A stretch of DNA of 45,564 bases from Patescibacteria group bacterium (GCA_038065395.1 JBBTRB010000007.1:1-45564), one strand, 5' to 3'; counted from the stretch's first letter, positions 18,159-28,439 are shown. Notes: a model not told the origin generated them from the letters alone. Numbers and translations are program-made.

Positions 18159-19142
18159 ATGTCCAAAAACATCCTCATCACTCGCGAAATCCCACAGATC
18201 GGTATCGATATGCTGGAGGCGCAGGGCTACAACGTCACGGTATGTCCCGGTAAGGCTGGTGATGCGCCGTTGCCACAAAAGAAGTTCCTCTCATATCTCA
18301 AGAAGACTCCGTATGATGCAGTCATCTCGCTCCTTACTGACAAGATCGACACAAAGACTCTCGATGTTGCACCGACCGTCAAGATCTTCGCCAACTATGC
18401 AGCAGGCTTCAACAACATTGATCTCGCTGAGACCAAGAAAAGGGGAGTGATCGCTACCAATACTCCAGGAGTCTCGAGTGTGGCAGTGGCCGAGCATGCG
18501 GTGGCATTGATGTTCGCTTTGACGACACGACTGGTTGAGGCAGACCTCTTTACCAAGAAAGGCAAATACAAAGGCTGGTCACCGATGAGCTTCATCGGTT
18601 CAGATATCACAGGTACAACGATCGGTCTGATCGGAGTAGGGAGTATCGGCTATGAGGTGGCTCGGATGCTGGCCCGAGGATTTGGGGTCAAGATCGTGTA
18701 CTATGACGTGGTTGCAAATACCAAACTAGAATCGGAATTTTCTGCGACACGTTCTGATACTGTCGAAGGGGTACTGGCACAGGCAGATATCGTCAGTCTC
18801 CATGTGCCACTCCTGGACTCGACGCACCATCTCATGAATGCCTCACGTTTTGCACAGATGAAGCCGACTGCATTCCTCGTCAATACATCTCGTGGTCCTG
18901 TCGTCGATGAGAAGGCTCTGGTCTCTGCACTCAAGAAGCGACAGATCGCTGGCGCAGGTCTCGATGTCTTCGAATATGAACCAAAGATCACCAGTGGATT
19001 GACGAAATTCCCCAACGTCGTCCTGACACCTCATATTGCCTCTGCCCGCACAAGCGCCCGTAACGATATGGCGCGTATTGCAGTGCAGAATGTGATCGAC
19101 GTATTGGAGGGAAGAGAACCGAAATTCAGAGTAAATAAATAA
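18159..19142 (+). CDS. D-glycerate dehydrogenase / glyoxylate reductase family 2-hydroxyacid dehydrogenase
   Basis: GVGSIG, SLHVP, VNTSRG, LDVFEYEP, TPHIAS. Confidence 0.93.
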   Translation: MSKNILITREIPQIGIDMLEAQGYNVTVCPGKAGDAPLPQKKFLSYLKKTPYDAVISLLTDKIDTKTLDVAPTVKIFANYAAGFNNIDLAETKKRGVIATNTPGVSSVAVAEHAVALMFALTTRLVEADLFTKKGKYKGWSPMSFIGSDITGTTIGLIGVGSIGYEVARMLARGFGVKIVYYDVVANTKLESEFSATRSDTVEGVLAQADIVSLHVPLLDSTHHLMNASRFAQMKPTAFLVNTSRGPVVDEKALVSALKKRQIAGAGLDVFEYEPKITSGLTKFPNVVLTPHIASARTSARNDMARIAVQNVIDVLEGREPKFRVNK

Positions 19143-19209
19143 CTATTGCCGATTCGCCCCTTTTGTATTAAGGTTGCATCAGAAGTTCAACCACATACAC
19201 AAGGATCTT

Positions 19210-19881
19210 ATGCGAACATATAGTCGGGCAGCTTTCAGGAGTCTCAATTCACGATTCCTGCACCAGATCTCTATCACCTCAAATGCGGGCGTCGGAGGTA
19301 CGACGCTCATGAATCTACTCAAGCAAGAGCCGAAGTACTCGAGGTATCGTTTCGTGAGTGCAGGAAGTCTGATGCGCGAACGTGCCGAGTCTCTCGGCTT
19401 TGCCACCATCGAAGAATTCGTCGAACATGCCGGATTACATCCAGAAGAAGAACATGATCTCTGGTGTGACTCGGCCATTGCGACGTGTGGTGAACGGGAT
19501 CGACTCATCTGCGAGTCGCGTCTCTCACATATCTTCATGCCCCATGCATTCAAGGTGAAGTTGACGTGCGGTCCGTTCATCCGTGCACGCCGTCGGATCA
19601 AAAGTCGCGGACTCAACATGTACCGAACTCTCCAGGGGATAGTCGATCGTGATGCAAGCGACTGGGAACGCTACGAGGCTCTGTATCCTGGATGTCGTTG
19701 GTCCAATGAGGACTATGATCTGGTGATCGATACCGGTCTGTGTACCCGCCAAGGGATGCTCGATATCGTCGTACGTTCTCATGAGGTATGGAAAAAAGCT
19801 CTTCCGAAACGCAAAATAATTAGTTCAACCTCTGTCCGAGGTGATCATACCGGGATCGTCCGTCAGTCACTCGCCGCTTAA
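19210..19881 (+). CDS. Cytidylate-kinase-like protein with degenerate P-loop
   Basis: ISITSNAGVGGTT, SAGSLMRERA, ESRLS, RD..D..RY..LY, YDLVIDT; SD AAGGA. Confidence 0.75.
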   Translation: MRTYSRAAFRSLNSRFLHQISITSNAGVGGTTLMNLLKQEPKYSRYRFVSAGSLMRERAESLGFATIEEFVEHAGLHPEEEHDLWCDSAIATCGERDRLICESRLSHIFMPHAFKVKLTCGPFIRARRRIKSRGLNMYRTLQGIVDRDASDWERYEALYPGCRWSNEDYDLVIDTGLCTRQGMLDIVVRSHEVWKKALPKRKIISSTSVRGDHTGIVRQSLAA

Positions 19882-19923
19882 CGAAAAGCTGGCGATTTTT
19901 TGTATACGAGGTATACTTTTTGT

Positions 19924-20187
19924 ATGAATCCACATAAGAAGCTCTATCGGAGCAAGACAAATAGGATGATCTCGGGTATCTGTGGAGGTATTGGCGAATA
20001 CTTCCAGATAGATGCAGTACTGGTGCGCGTAGTCTGGGTACTGGTCGTTCTCTGTAGTGGTATTGTCCCTGGAGTGATCGCGTATATAATATTTGCTTAC
20101 ATCATCCCTGAAGAAAAGATTATTACGACAACTGCTTCAGGATCGACTGCTCAGGAATCAACAACGAATTCTACAGAAGGAAAGTAG
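19924..20187 (+). CDS. PspC domain protein
   Basis: KKLYRSKTNRMISGICGGIGEYF...LVRV...YIIP. Confidence 0.92.
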   Translation: MNPHKKLYRSKTNRMISGICGGIGEYFQIDAVLVRVVWVLVVLCSGIVPGVIAYIIFAYIIPEEKIITTTASGSTAQESTTNSTEGK

Positions 20188-20294
20188 ACTCAGGCTTTTA
20201 ACGTTGGGTAATTAGGTCAAAGTGACAACTTTTGAGATATAAAAATTAGCTCCAGATTGAGCTGAGAAGAAGAGACCTTTCCTTAATTGAAAAT

Positions 20295-20927
20295 TTAATT
20301 CTCACCACGTAACATCCTCTGTAAAACCGGTTCGATCTTTTCAGCAATCTTCGCATACCCTATATCGTTGGGATGGATCGCATCTGACATATATCGCGTG
20401 TCAGTGATCAGACCGTCGAGAATATTCGGAACAAAACCTACCCGTTGCTCCTTTGCGAACTCTGCAAAACGATCGGCATAGGTATCTCGTAGAAGTCCAC
20501 CGCGAACACCGAGAAGCAACACGGCTGATCCAGAGGAGTGAATCTTTTCTATGATCGTTGCCAGATTGGTGAATGTTTCATCTTGAGGGATTTTCTGTAG
20601 ATAGTCATTGCCTCCAAGGAGTAAGATGACGATACGAGGTTTCTGTGCAGTTACTTCATCGATTCTGACCAGACCTTTTCGTGTAGTATCGCCACTAACA
20701 CCGAGATTGATGATCGGTTGGCCGATCTTCGCAGAAAGAAGGGAAATAAAGTCATGTGCGGGTGTCGAACCGACTCCGTATACCAGACTGTCCCCGAAGG
20801 CGATGATGGTCGTATTGGTCGAGTCAATATTGGTGATCGGGGCATCTTGCCGTAACGAGAATATGATCCAGACGATGATCGCCAGGCACAGAATACTTAT
20901 CATGATGAAATACTTGTTCTGTAACAT
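20295..20927 (-). CDS. SGNH/GDSL arylesterase (TesA-like)
   Basis: FGDSL, GVSGDTT, GGND, DAIHPN. Confidence 0.93.
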   Translation of the reverse strand: MLQNKYFIMISILCLAIIVWIIFSLRQDAPITNIDSTNTTIIAFGDSLVYGVGSTPAHDFISLLSAKIGQPIINLGVSGDTTRKGLVRIDEVTAQKPRIVILLLGGNDYLQKIPQDETFTNLATIIEKIHSSGSAVLLLGVRGGLLRDTYADRFAEFAKEQRVGFVPNILDGLITDTRYMSDAIHPNDIGYAKIAEKIEPVLQRMLRGEN

Positions 20928-21001
20928 TTTGGTAAGTATACCGTACTCTTATCCGAAAGGAACATTTTGAATTCGTCTTCATTCGGTATATCATTGTATA
21001 C

Positions 21002-21937
21002 ATGAAAAAAGCTCAATCAGGTGTAGCTACAGTGGCACTTATCGTTATTGTCGGTATCGCGTTCCTCACCGGAGGCACCTATGTCTATACCAAGGTTCGC
21101 CAGCAAGACAAGAGTGCTGATGCGCTCCTAACCTCCGCGCAACGCTCACTCGAGCGCTCCTCGAGACCCGCAGCAGAAGTTGCTATGGAGCTCGCTCAGG
21201 CTCGTGCCTCTCTGCGCATAGAGATCGATAAGCTCGAACTCTTCCGTTCATCGAGTTTCAACCGCGAGTCTTCATATGGATGGGCATTGGCTCTGATCCA
21301 AAAAGAGATTTCCGACTCGGTACTCTCCAAGACCGAAGACATATTCAAGCTTGTTAGTGTCGCGGGTATAGATCCGAGTATCAAGATCACTCTCAGTCAG
21401 GACCGACAGAACCTGGTCACTCTGGTCGAGGCATGGCAAGCTCTCTATACCAACGGCCAAGGAATCTCTCAGGCCACTATCAGTAGTGCTACTCAGGCTG
21501 TGCTCGATGCGGCGCAAGCCTATGTCGATGCGCTGACTACTGCTACCAATAGTTTGACTCCAGAGAATACCGGCACTACTCCCGAGGTGATCGACACTCA
21601 TCAGTCAACCGTTGAGTCTGTATCAGATACCGTAGAAGAAGCTGTCGACACGATCGATGAAGCTGAACCAGATCAGGGTGATGTAGAAGATATCGAAGAA
21701 GATATCGAAGATTTGGAAGAAGAACTCGAGGAGACTACTTCGGGAGATACTGGGGGCACAGGTGATACTACAGGCGGTACGGGAGGGGACACATCGGGAA
21801 CTGGTACGGGCACAGGTACTTCTGGTGGCGATACTTCGACCACGTCTACACCCTATGTCCCTCCACCGTATGTTCCGCCACCAGTCGTAGATACCTCGGG
21901 CAAACCTCAGCTCATTCAAGGATCCAATCCATTCTAG
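21002..21937 (+). CDS. Surface protein with prepilin-like leader, acidic segment and Gly/Thr/Pro-rich tail
   Basis: MKKAQSG-VATVALIVIV; helical body; GDTGGTG repeats; YVPPP x2. Confidence 0.7.
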   Translation: MKKAQSGVATVALIVIVGIAFLTGGTYVYTKVRQQDKSADALLTSAQRSLERSSRPAAEVAMELAQARASLRIEIDKLELFRSSSFNRESSYGWALALIQKEISDSVLSKTEDIFKLVSVAGIDPSIKITLSQDRQNLVTLVEAWQALYTNGQGISQATISSATQAVLDAAQAYVDALTTATNSLTPENTGTTPEVIDTHQSTVESVSDTVEEAVDTIDEAEPDQGDVEDIEEDIEDLEEELEETTSGDTGGTGDTTGGTGGDTSGTGTGTGTSGGDTSTTSTPYVPPPYVPPPVVDTSGKPQLIQGSNPF

Positions 21938-21939
21938 GA

Positions 21940-21988
21940 GAGCTAGTCCAGTATCTTCATTTGCAGCGAGTCGATTGTAATTGGATAC
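21940..21988. repeat. Shortened copy of the 24470-24591 palindromic element
   Basis: GAGCTAGTCCA..ATCTTCAT.TGC left end and TGGATAC right end. Confidence 0.5.
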
Positions 21989-22012
21989 TAACTATGGAAA
22001 GATAGAATACCT

Positions 22013-23788
22013 ATGGAACAAATAACCAAGGAAAATTTGTATACCGGCTTCAAGGTGTTATTCAAATACATCGGCCAATATCGACGCGAGATCGTCACGC
22101 TGAGTATCATGGGCATCTTGTCTGCGATCGGTAACGGCACCATACCTTTTATTGCTGGCAGATTCTTCGATGTTATCAGTAGCCGAGAAACAGTCACTCT
22201 GATCAACTACAGCGTACCTATTTTTTTGGCACTTCTCTCACTCTGGGCTATCGTCCAGCTCATCACCTCTATTCTCGATTGGAAGATCAACATTCTGAGT
22301 GAAAAGTTCTCCAACATCATTTGGCTCGATTATTTGGCGCAAGGATTTAGTTATCTGCTTGTCTTACCAATGTCGTTCCACAAACAGAACAAGGTTGGTG
22401 AGATCGGTAGCAAGATCAATATGGCTGCAAGCTCACTCGAGACCATCGCTGGTCGCATCGTGATCGATCTCTCTCCTCAGATCCTGAGTATCATCATTGC
22501 ATTCGGTATTGCGTATTATCTCAACCCGCTCTTGGCATCACTCCTTGTGGCAGGGGTCATCGTGTATATCTTCACGTTAGTGCGCAAGATCCGTCCACTG
22601 GCTCAGTATCAAAAAGAATACTACGACGTACTCGGATATATCTGGGGTGAGTCATACGATGTCGTCGGTAATGCTCTTGCAGTCAAGCAAGCCACCGCCG
22701 AAGAATACGAACGCGAAAAATTGTCTTCAAAAATGAAAAGTGCCGTACCGCTCTGGATGCGTCTGACCAGTGTATGGGCAACGCTCACGCTCTATCAGAA
22801 ACTGATCATCTTGGTGACTCAGATTGTGATCTTTATTTTGTCGGCATTGTATATCCAAGCTGGTCAGATGACGATCGGTGAGCTCATCGCCTTCAATGCG
22901 TATGCTGCTATGGTGTTCGGACCATTCATCACGATCGGTCGCAATTGGCAAACGATCCAAAACGGCGTTGTTGGTATTCAGGAAACAGAGAAGATCCTGA
23001 GTATGGAACCAGAACCCTATGCACGACCAGGTTCGGTTTCTCTAGATCTTACCGGCGATATTGAGCTCAAGAATGTTCAGTTCAAGTACGAAGAAGGCAA
23101 GCCGATCCTTCAGGATATCTCATTCCATGCGCGAGCAGGTGATGTGATCGCACTTGTCGGAGAGTCAGGTGTAGGCAAGAGCACACTCATCGATCTTATT
23201 TCGGGATACCATTTTGCTTCCGAAGGAGTAGTCAGTATCGATGGTCACGATATCAAGGAGGTCAATCTCCGCACCTTGCGTCAACAGATCGCAGTAGTTC
23301 CTCAAGAAGTCGTATTGTTCAACGATACGATCAAAACCAATATCAAGTATGGCAATTTCAAAGCCACTGACGAAGAAGTACGCGCCGCTGGACACAAAGC
23401 CCATGCACTCGACTTCATCGAAAAGTTCCCTCAGAAATGGGAACAAGTGGTGGGTGAACGTGGAGTCAAACTGTCAGTCGGTCAGAAACAGCGTGTAGCG
23501 ATCGCTCGTGCCATGCTCCGCAATCCACGCATCCTCATCCTCGATGAGCCAACCTCTGCACTCGATGCTGGTTCCGAAAAGATCATCACTGCGTCGCTCG
23601 ATGAACTGATGCGAGGCAAGACGACCTTCATCATCGCACATCGTCTCAGTACCGTCAGGAAGGCAAATCAGATCCTCGTCTTCAAAGAAGGTCGTATCAT
23701 CGAAAAGGGTACTCATGACGAACTTCTGAAGATCGAAGGGGGTGAGTATCGCCGTCTCTACGAATTACAAATCGGTCTGCATGCATAA
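22013..23788 (+). CDS. ABC exporter, fused TMD-NBD (MsbA-like)
   Basis: 6-TM domain, GESGVGKS, LSVGQKQR, ILDEPTSALD. Confidence 0.95.
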   Translation: MEQITKENLYTGFKVLFKYIGQYRREIVTLSIMGILSAIGNGTIPFIAGRFFDVISSRETVTLINYSVPIFLALLSLWAIVQLITSILDWKINILSEKFSNIIWLDYLAQGFSYLLVLPMSFHKQNKVGEIGSKINMAASSLETIAGRIVIDLSPQILSIIIAFGIAYYLNPLLASLLVAGVIVYIFTLVRKIRPLAQYQKEYYDVLGYIWGESYDVVGNALAVKQATAEEYEREKLSSKMKSAVPLWMRLTSVWATLTLYQKLIILVTQIVIFILSALYIQAGQMTIGELIAFNAYAAMVFGPFITIGRNWQTIQNGVVGIQETEKILSMEPEPYARPGSVSLDLTGDIELKNVQFKYEEGKPILQDISFHARAGDVIALVGESGVGKSTLIDLISGYHFASEGVVSIDGHDIKEVNLRTLRQQIAVVPQEVVLFNDTIKTNIKYGNFKATDEEVRAAGHKAHALDFIEKFPQKWEQVVGERGVKLSVGQKQRVAIARAMLRNPRILILDEPTSALDAGSEKIITASLDELMRGKTTFIIAHRLSTVRKANQILVFKEGRIIEKGTHDELLKIEGGEYRRLYELQIGLHA

Positions 23789-23800
23789 CTATCACCACAG

Positions 23801-24469
23801 ATGAAATTCATTTTCTCGAAAGACCCATCACTCGGTATTACAGAGCAAAGTGGTGCGCTGATCTCGCTCCTTAGAGAAGGCAAACGCGTCCTCTGGCTCC
23901 TTGCAGGGGGTTCGAATATTCCGATCGCGGCAGAGATCATCGCAAAAGTCAGAGCGTCCGTATCGAGTGATACCTTGTCACACCTCTCGTTGGCTCTGAC
24001 AGATGAACGTTACGGTCCTGTCGGTCATGCAGATTCCAACTGGTTCCAACTACAACAGACAGGTTATGATCTCTGGGGTATCACTACCTATCCGATACTC
24101 CGTGACCTGTCACTCAAAGAGACGATCGATGCGTATGATAGAGATGCAGAGAAATTTCTCCATTCTGCGGACGTGATCGTTGCTCAGTTCGGTATGGGTG
24201 CCGACGGACATATTGCCGGGCTTTTGCCGCGCTGTTCGGCGTTGCAAAGTTCGCGTCTAGTAGATGGATATGTCGGTGCCCCATTCACGCGCATCTCTCT
24301 GACGGTACCAGCGTTGCATCTTGTGCAGATTGCATACGCCTTCGTCTTCGGTGAATCCAAAAAGAACGCACTCCAAAACCTTCACGACAAGACTCTGTCC
24401 CTCGAAGAACAACCGGCTCAGATATTGAAAGAGATACCGGAGGTGTATGTGTATCAGGATGTGATGTAG
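23801..24469 (+). CDS. pgl: 6-phosphogluconolactonase family protein
   Basis: LAGGS, TDERY, SNW, GMGADGHIA, RISLT. Confidence 0.8.
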   Translation: MKFIFSKDPSLGITEQSGALISLLREGKRVLWLLAGGSNIPIAAEIIAKVRASVSSDTLSHLSLALTDERYGPVGHADSNWFQLQQTGYDLWGITTYPILRDLSLKETIDAYDRDAEKFLHSADVIVAQFGMGADGHIAGLLPRCSALQSSRLVDGYVGAPFTRISLTVPALHLVQIAYAFVFGESKKNALQNLHDKTLSLEEQPAQILKEIPEVYVYQDVM

Positions 24470-24591
24470 GAGCTAGTCCACGATCTTCATCTGCTTCGTT
24501 ATTTTCTACGCTCAAACTCTCACCTTATATCCAATAAGGCTCGAGCTTTCGCTTGAAAATGCCTCGCATATGAAAGATCGTGGATACGCTC
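24470..24591. repeat. Imperfect palindromic MITE-like element
   Basis: GAGCTAGTCCACGATCTTCATCTGC ... GCATATGAAAGATCGTGGATACGCTC inverted ends. Confidence 0.6.
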
Positions 24592-24785
24592 TAATGCAAG
24601 GTAACTATAGAAATGGGTTGACAAGTCACCCAATATAGATTACTATATAGCTAAACCAATATCTCTTGATTTTAAGGCCTCAAAGCGTATCGCTTTCATC
24701 TAAAACTCACGGGACTACTGCCATCGAATTATTACCTAAAGGCAGAAGGTTTGGGGGCTACTATATGCCCTTTAGATAAAGATTT

Positions 24786-26114
24786 ATGCAAAATAGTCAC
24801 TACAAGGGTCCGAAAAGGGCTCAAGGTTCTAGTTCGTCATATCCATCACGAGACACTCGTTTTACCGGTTCTCGTCATGGTTCATCATCTCGCCCTTCTA
24901 CCGGAGGTCGTTCTTTTGGCGCTCGTTCCGGAGGTTTCAAACCTCATGGTGGACGTTCATCATCGTTCGGCGGTTCTCGTGGAGGACGTCGCAATGGTGC
25001 GATGGGTACGTATATCGACCCATCTCGTTTTATCAACAAAGTCACAACCGTGACCGAGGAATCTCCAGTGTACAAAGCAGAACATGCTTTTACGGATTTC
25101 AATATCGATGCACGTCTCAAGGCAACTATCGTCGCCAAGGGTTACAAGGATCCTACTCCGATCCAGGACAAAACCATTCCTCATATCCTCAATGGCTCTG
25201 ACCTCGTAGGTATCGCCAACACCGGTACCGGCAAGACAGCGGCATTCTTGATCCCTCTGATCCAGAAGGTTCTCAAAGATCCCAAGGAAAATATCCTGAT
25301 CATCGTTCCTACTCGTGAACTCGCGATCCAGATCGACACAGAGCTCAAAGCTTTCGTGAAGGGGATGAGTATCTTCTCAGTATGTTGCGTCGGTGGTATG
25401 TCGATCGGTCGTCAGATCTCGGCACTCAAATATCGCAACAACTTCGTTATCGGAACTCCGGGTCGTCTCAAAGACCTGATCGACCGCAAGGTGATCAACC
25501 CAGGTAACTTCAAGTCTATCGTGCTCGATGAAGCAGACCGCATGCTCGACATGGGCTTTATCAACGATATGCGTTTTGTCATGTCACTCATGGCAAAGGA
25601 TCGTCATACGCTGTTCTTCTCAGCGACACTTTCTTCTGAGATCGAACGTCTGATCGGTGAGTTCCTCAAAACTCCTGTACGTATCTCAGTCAAAACAGGT
25701 GAAACTTCGAAAAACATCGAACAAGACGTTGTGAAAACAATTCCTGGCAAAAACAAGCTCGATATGTTGCACGACTTGCTCAACCAGAAGGAGTTCAGTC
25801 GTGTGATCATCTTCGGTCGTACCAAACATGGGGTTGAAAAACTTTCCAAAACCCTGATAGAGCGTGGCTTCAAAGCCGAGTCTATCCACGGTGACAAGAA
25901 CCATTCTCGTCGTCAGCATGCATTGCGTTCCTTCAAGGAAGGTCAAATGCAGATCCTGGTTGCAACCGACGTTGCCGCCCGTGGTCTCGATATCGCTGAC
26001 GTCAGTCACGTCATCAACTACGAGCTTCCTGCAACCTACGATGACTACGTACACCGCATCGGTCGTACAGGTCGTGGTAACAAGAGAGGGAAGGCGTTGA
26101 CGTTCCTCGATTAA
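24786..26114 (+). CDS. DEAD-box RNA helicase with Arg/Gly/Ser-rich N-terminus
   Basis: PTPIQ, TGTGKT, PTRELA, DEAD, SAT, ARGLD, HRIGRTGR. Confidence 0.97.
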   Translation: MQNSHYKGPKRAQGSSSSYPSRDTRFTGSRHGSSSRPSTGGRSFGARSGGFKPHGGRSSSFGGSRGGRRNGAMGTYIDPSRFINKVTTVTEESPVYKAEHAFTDFNIDARLKATIVAKGYKDPTPIQDKTIPHILNGSDLVGIANTGTGKTAAFLIPLIQKVLKDPKENILIIVPTRELAIQIDTELKAFVKGMSIFSVCCVGGMSIGRQISALKYRNNFVIGTPGRLKDLIDRKVINPGNFKSIVLDEADRMLDMGFINDMRFVMSLMAKDRHTLFFSATLSSEIERLIGEFLKTPVRISVKTGETSKNIEQDVVKTIPGKNKLDMLHDLLNQKEFSRVIIFGRTKHGVEKLSKTLIERGFKAESIHGDKNHSRRQHALRSFKEGQMQILVATDVAARGLDIADVSHVINYELPATYDDYVHRIGRTGRGNKRGKALTFLD

Positions 26115-26124
26115 GTCTTAACTT

Positions 26125-26284
26125 AGGCCACACAAGCAAATTCTGTTTTTAGAAACCTGCGGAACTCGCTTCGTGTAATTAAAGGAAAACACCCCAATTA
26201 ATCCGCAATTGGGGTGTTTTCTAATAATTACTACTCGCTCAAACAGTCCTCGGTCTCTAAAAACAGAATTTGCTTGTGTGGCCT
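26125..26284. repeat. 160-bp nested inverted-repeat element
   Basis: Perfect 29-bp outer IR (26125-26153/26256-26284) and 15-bp inner IR (26185-26199/26207-26221). Confidence 0.85.
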
Positions 26285-26321
26285 GATGTCGGAAGCATTA
26301 AGAAAGGGTATAATAGGGTAT

Positions 26322-26885
26322 ATGAAATCAAAAATACTTATTCTTATTGTGCTTGTTTTCTTGCTTGTCACTGCGGTTACGATCCGCGATAGTCTGCGCG
26401 TATCACCGGGCAACCCTGACCAAGAAACCCCATTGCCACCAGGTGGTGAGATGATCGCCTGCACCATGGACGCCATGATGTGTCCCGATGGCTCATATGT
26501 CGGTCGTACTGGTCCCAACTGTCAGTTCGTATGTCCGAGTGGCACAACTACGCCTGCTTCAACAGATACATTCGAGGCACGCCTCAATGCCACCACGACT
26601 TTTGCTGGCAAGACACTCGTTGTCAAAGAAATCCTCGAAGATAGTCGCTGTCCGATCGATGTGGTGTGTATCCAGGCTGGCACGGTTCGAATCAAGGTAT
26701 TAGTGAGTCGTGTTACAAGTGGTCTTTCTGAGCAGACAATGACGCTGAGTGTTTCTTCTGCAGTTGATGACAAGAGTCTAGAACTCATCAACGTCACTCC
26801 TGTGCCTAAAGCGGGTGTTCCTATCACGAAAGCGGACTACCGCTTCACTTTCAAGGTGAGTGAGTCTGTGCCACAGGCGATATAA
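26322..26885 (+). CDS. Membrane-anchored Cys-motif surface protein
   Basis: TM; CTMDAMMCPDGSYVGRTGPNCQFVCP and EDSRCPIDVVCIQAG motifs. Confidence 0.8.
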   Translation: MKSKILILIVLVFLLVTAVTIRDSLRVSPGNPDQETPLPPGGEMIACTMDAMMCPDGSYVGRTGPNCQFVCPSGTTTPASTDTFEARLNATTTFAGKTLVVKEILEDSRCPIDVVCIQAGTVRIKVLVSRVTSGLSEQTMTLSVSSAVDDKSLELINVTPVPKAGVPITKADYRFTFKVSESVPQAI

Positions 26886-26924
26886 AGTGATATAATGGAC
26901 GCCATATCATATAGATAAACAGAT

Positions 26925-26953
26925 CGCAGATCCCCGCCTTCGCGGGGATGACA
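26925..26953. repeat. REP-like palindrome (GTCATCCCCGC family) in the gap leader
   Basis: CGCAGATCCCCGCCTTCGCGGGGATGACA. Confidence 0.85.
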
Positions 26954-26971
26954 TAAGATAAAACCATACAC

Positions 26972-27997
26972 ATGAAAAAAATACGAGTTGCAATCAACGG
27001 TTTCGGACGCATTGGCAGAGCATTTGTCAAAGTGGCTCGTGAGAATCCTGATATCGAGGTAGTTGCCATCAACGATCTCGGCAATATCAACAACTTCGCC
27101 TATCTCCTGAAATATGACACCGCATATGGCGTCAGCCCTTTCGAAGTCTCAGCACAAGGCGACTCACTTGTCGTGGATGGTCATGCGATCAAGTTCATCT
27201 CCGAGAAAGAACCGACCAAGCTTCCATGGAAAGACATGGATATCGATGTAGTCGTAGAGTCTACTGGACTTTTTACTTCCAGCGAAAAAGCCAAGATGCA
27301 TATCGATGCTGGTGCCAAGCGTGTAGTTGTCTCTGCTCCAGTCAAGGATGATCCTGCTTCGGCGGTACAGGGTGTCACCGTGCTCATGGGCATGAATGAA
27401 GACAAGCTCAAAGACAGTCAGATCAGTTCCAATGCTTCGTGCACGACCAACGCTGGCTCACCACTCATCGCCATCCTCGACGAGGCTCTGGGTATCGAAA
27501 AGGCACTGCTCAACACTGTCCACGGTTACACAGCCTCTCAGTCGCTCGTTGACGGCCCAAGCAAGAAAGACCTTCGTGAAGGTCGTGCTGCCGCCATGAA
27601 CATCGTACCGTCCTCGACCGGTGCCGCTATCGCTGTGACCAAAGTCGCTACGCACCTCGCTGGCAAGTTCGATGGTATCTCGATCCGTGTGCCAGTTGTT
27701 ACTGGTTCGATCGTCGATGTGACATTCATCTCCAAGAAGAACACCACTGCCGAAGAGGTCAATGAAATCCTCAAGAAAGCCGCTGCAGACAAACGCTGGA
27801 AGGGGATATTCACCGTCACCGAAGAACCATTGGTCTCACATGATATTGTCGGCAACCCTCATGCTTCTATCGCAGATCTAGAGATGACACGTGTGGTAGA
27901 TGGTAACCTGGTCAAGGTCATGGCGTGGTATGACAACGAGATGGGGTATACGCATACATTGGTGAGACATGTTATTAAAGCAGGACAGTTAATATAA
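26972..27997 (+). CDS. gap: Glyceraldehyde-3-phosphate dehydrogenase (type I)
   Basis: INGFGRIGR, ESTGLF, SNASCTTN, WYDNE. Confidence 0.98.
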   Translation: MKKIRVAINGFGRIGRAFVKVARENPDIEVVAINDLGNINNFAYLLKYDTAYGVSPFEVSAQGDSLVVDGHAIKFISEKEPTKLPWKDMDIDVVVESTGLFTSSEKAKMHIDAGAKRVVVSAPVKDDPASAVQGVTVLMGMNEDKLKDSQISSNASCTTNAGSPLIAILDEALGIEKALLNTVHGYTASQSLVDGPSKKDLREGRAAAMNIVPSSTGAAIAVTKVATHLAGKFDGISIRVPVVTGSIVDVTFISKKNTTAEEVNEILKKAAADKRWKGIFTVTEEPLVSHDIVGNPHASIADLEMTRVVDGNLVKVMAWYDNEMGYTHTLVRHVIKAGQLI

Positions 27998-28010
27998 TTA
28001 AAAAATAAAA

Positions 28011-28439
28011 ATGGCTTTAGCGATAACTTTGATAGCAGTGTTCATAGGATTGCCTGCTTTTTTCCTGTTTGTTTTTGTATATCTACCTAAAACAATTCGT
28101 AGCTATCGCTTAAGGGTACTGGCACGAGAATTTAATCTTGATTTTCAAAATGATATGGAAAAAAGAAAATGGTGGAAGATATGGAATGATAAATCTCTTA
28201 ACGAAGAAGGTATCATGTCTAACCTTTTGAGGGGGAATATTGGAATACATGTGGTAGAAGTATTTGATACATATAAGGAACGTCGTAAGTTCTTTATGGG
28301 TGCAAATAGTTATTATTCAATTAGGTCAACAACGATAAGTGTTGACGGAATTAATAAAAAAATTTCTGACAGAGTACTTTTTTCAGGTTTTGCACCAATT
28401 AGAAAGATAAGAAAAGAGTTAGTTGATTTGACTAATTAG
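28011..28439 (+). CDS. AT-rich hypothetical protein with N-terminal TM (cargo 1 of the gap-tail array)
   Basis: 142-aa ORF between gap and the first gap-tail copy. Confidence 0.7.
   Translation: MALAITLIAVFIGLPAFFLFVFVYLPKTIRSYRLRVLAREFNLDFQNDMEKRKWWKIWNDKSLNEEGIMSNLLRGNIGIHVVEVFDTYKERRKFFMGANSYYSIRSTTISVDGINKKISDRVLFSGFAPIRKIRKELVDLTN

Noticed and set aside
26214-26321. N-terminal extension of ORF 26214-26885 in the ORF track
   Set aside because: It runs through the inverted-repeat element; ATG 26322 follows a TATAAT and starts the TM segment.
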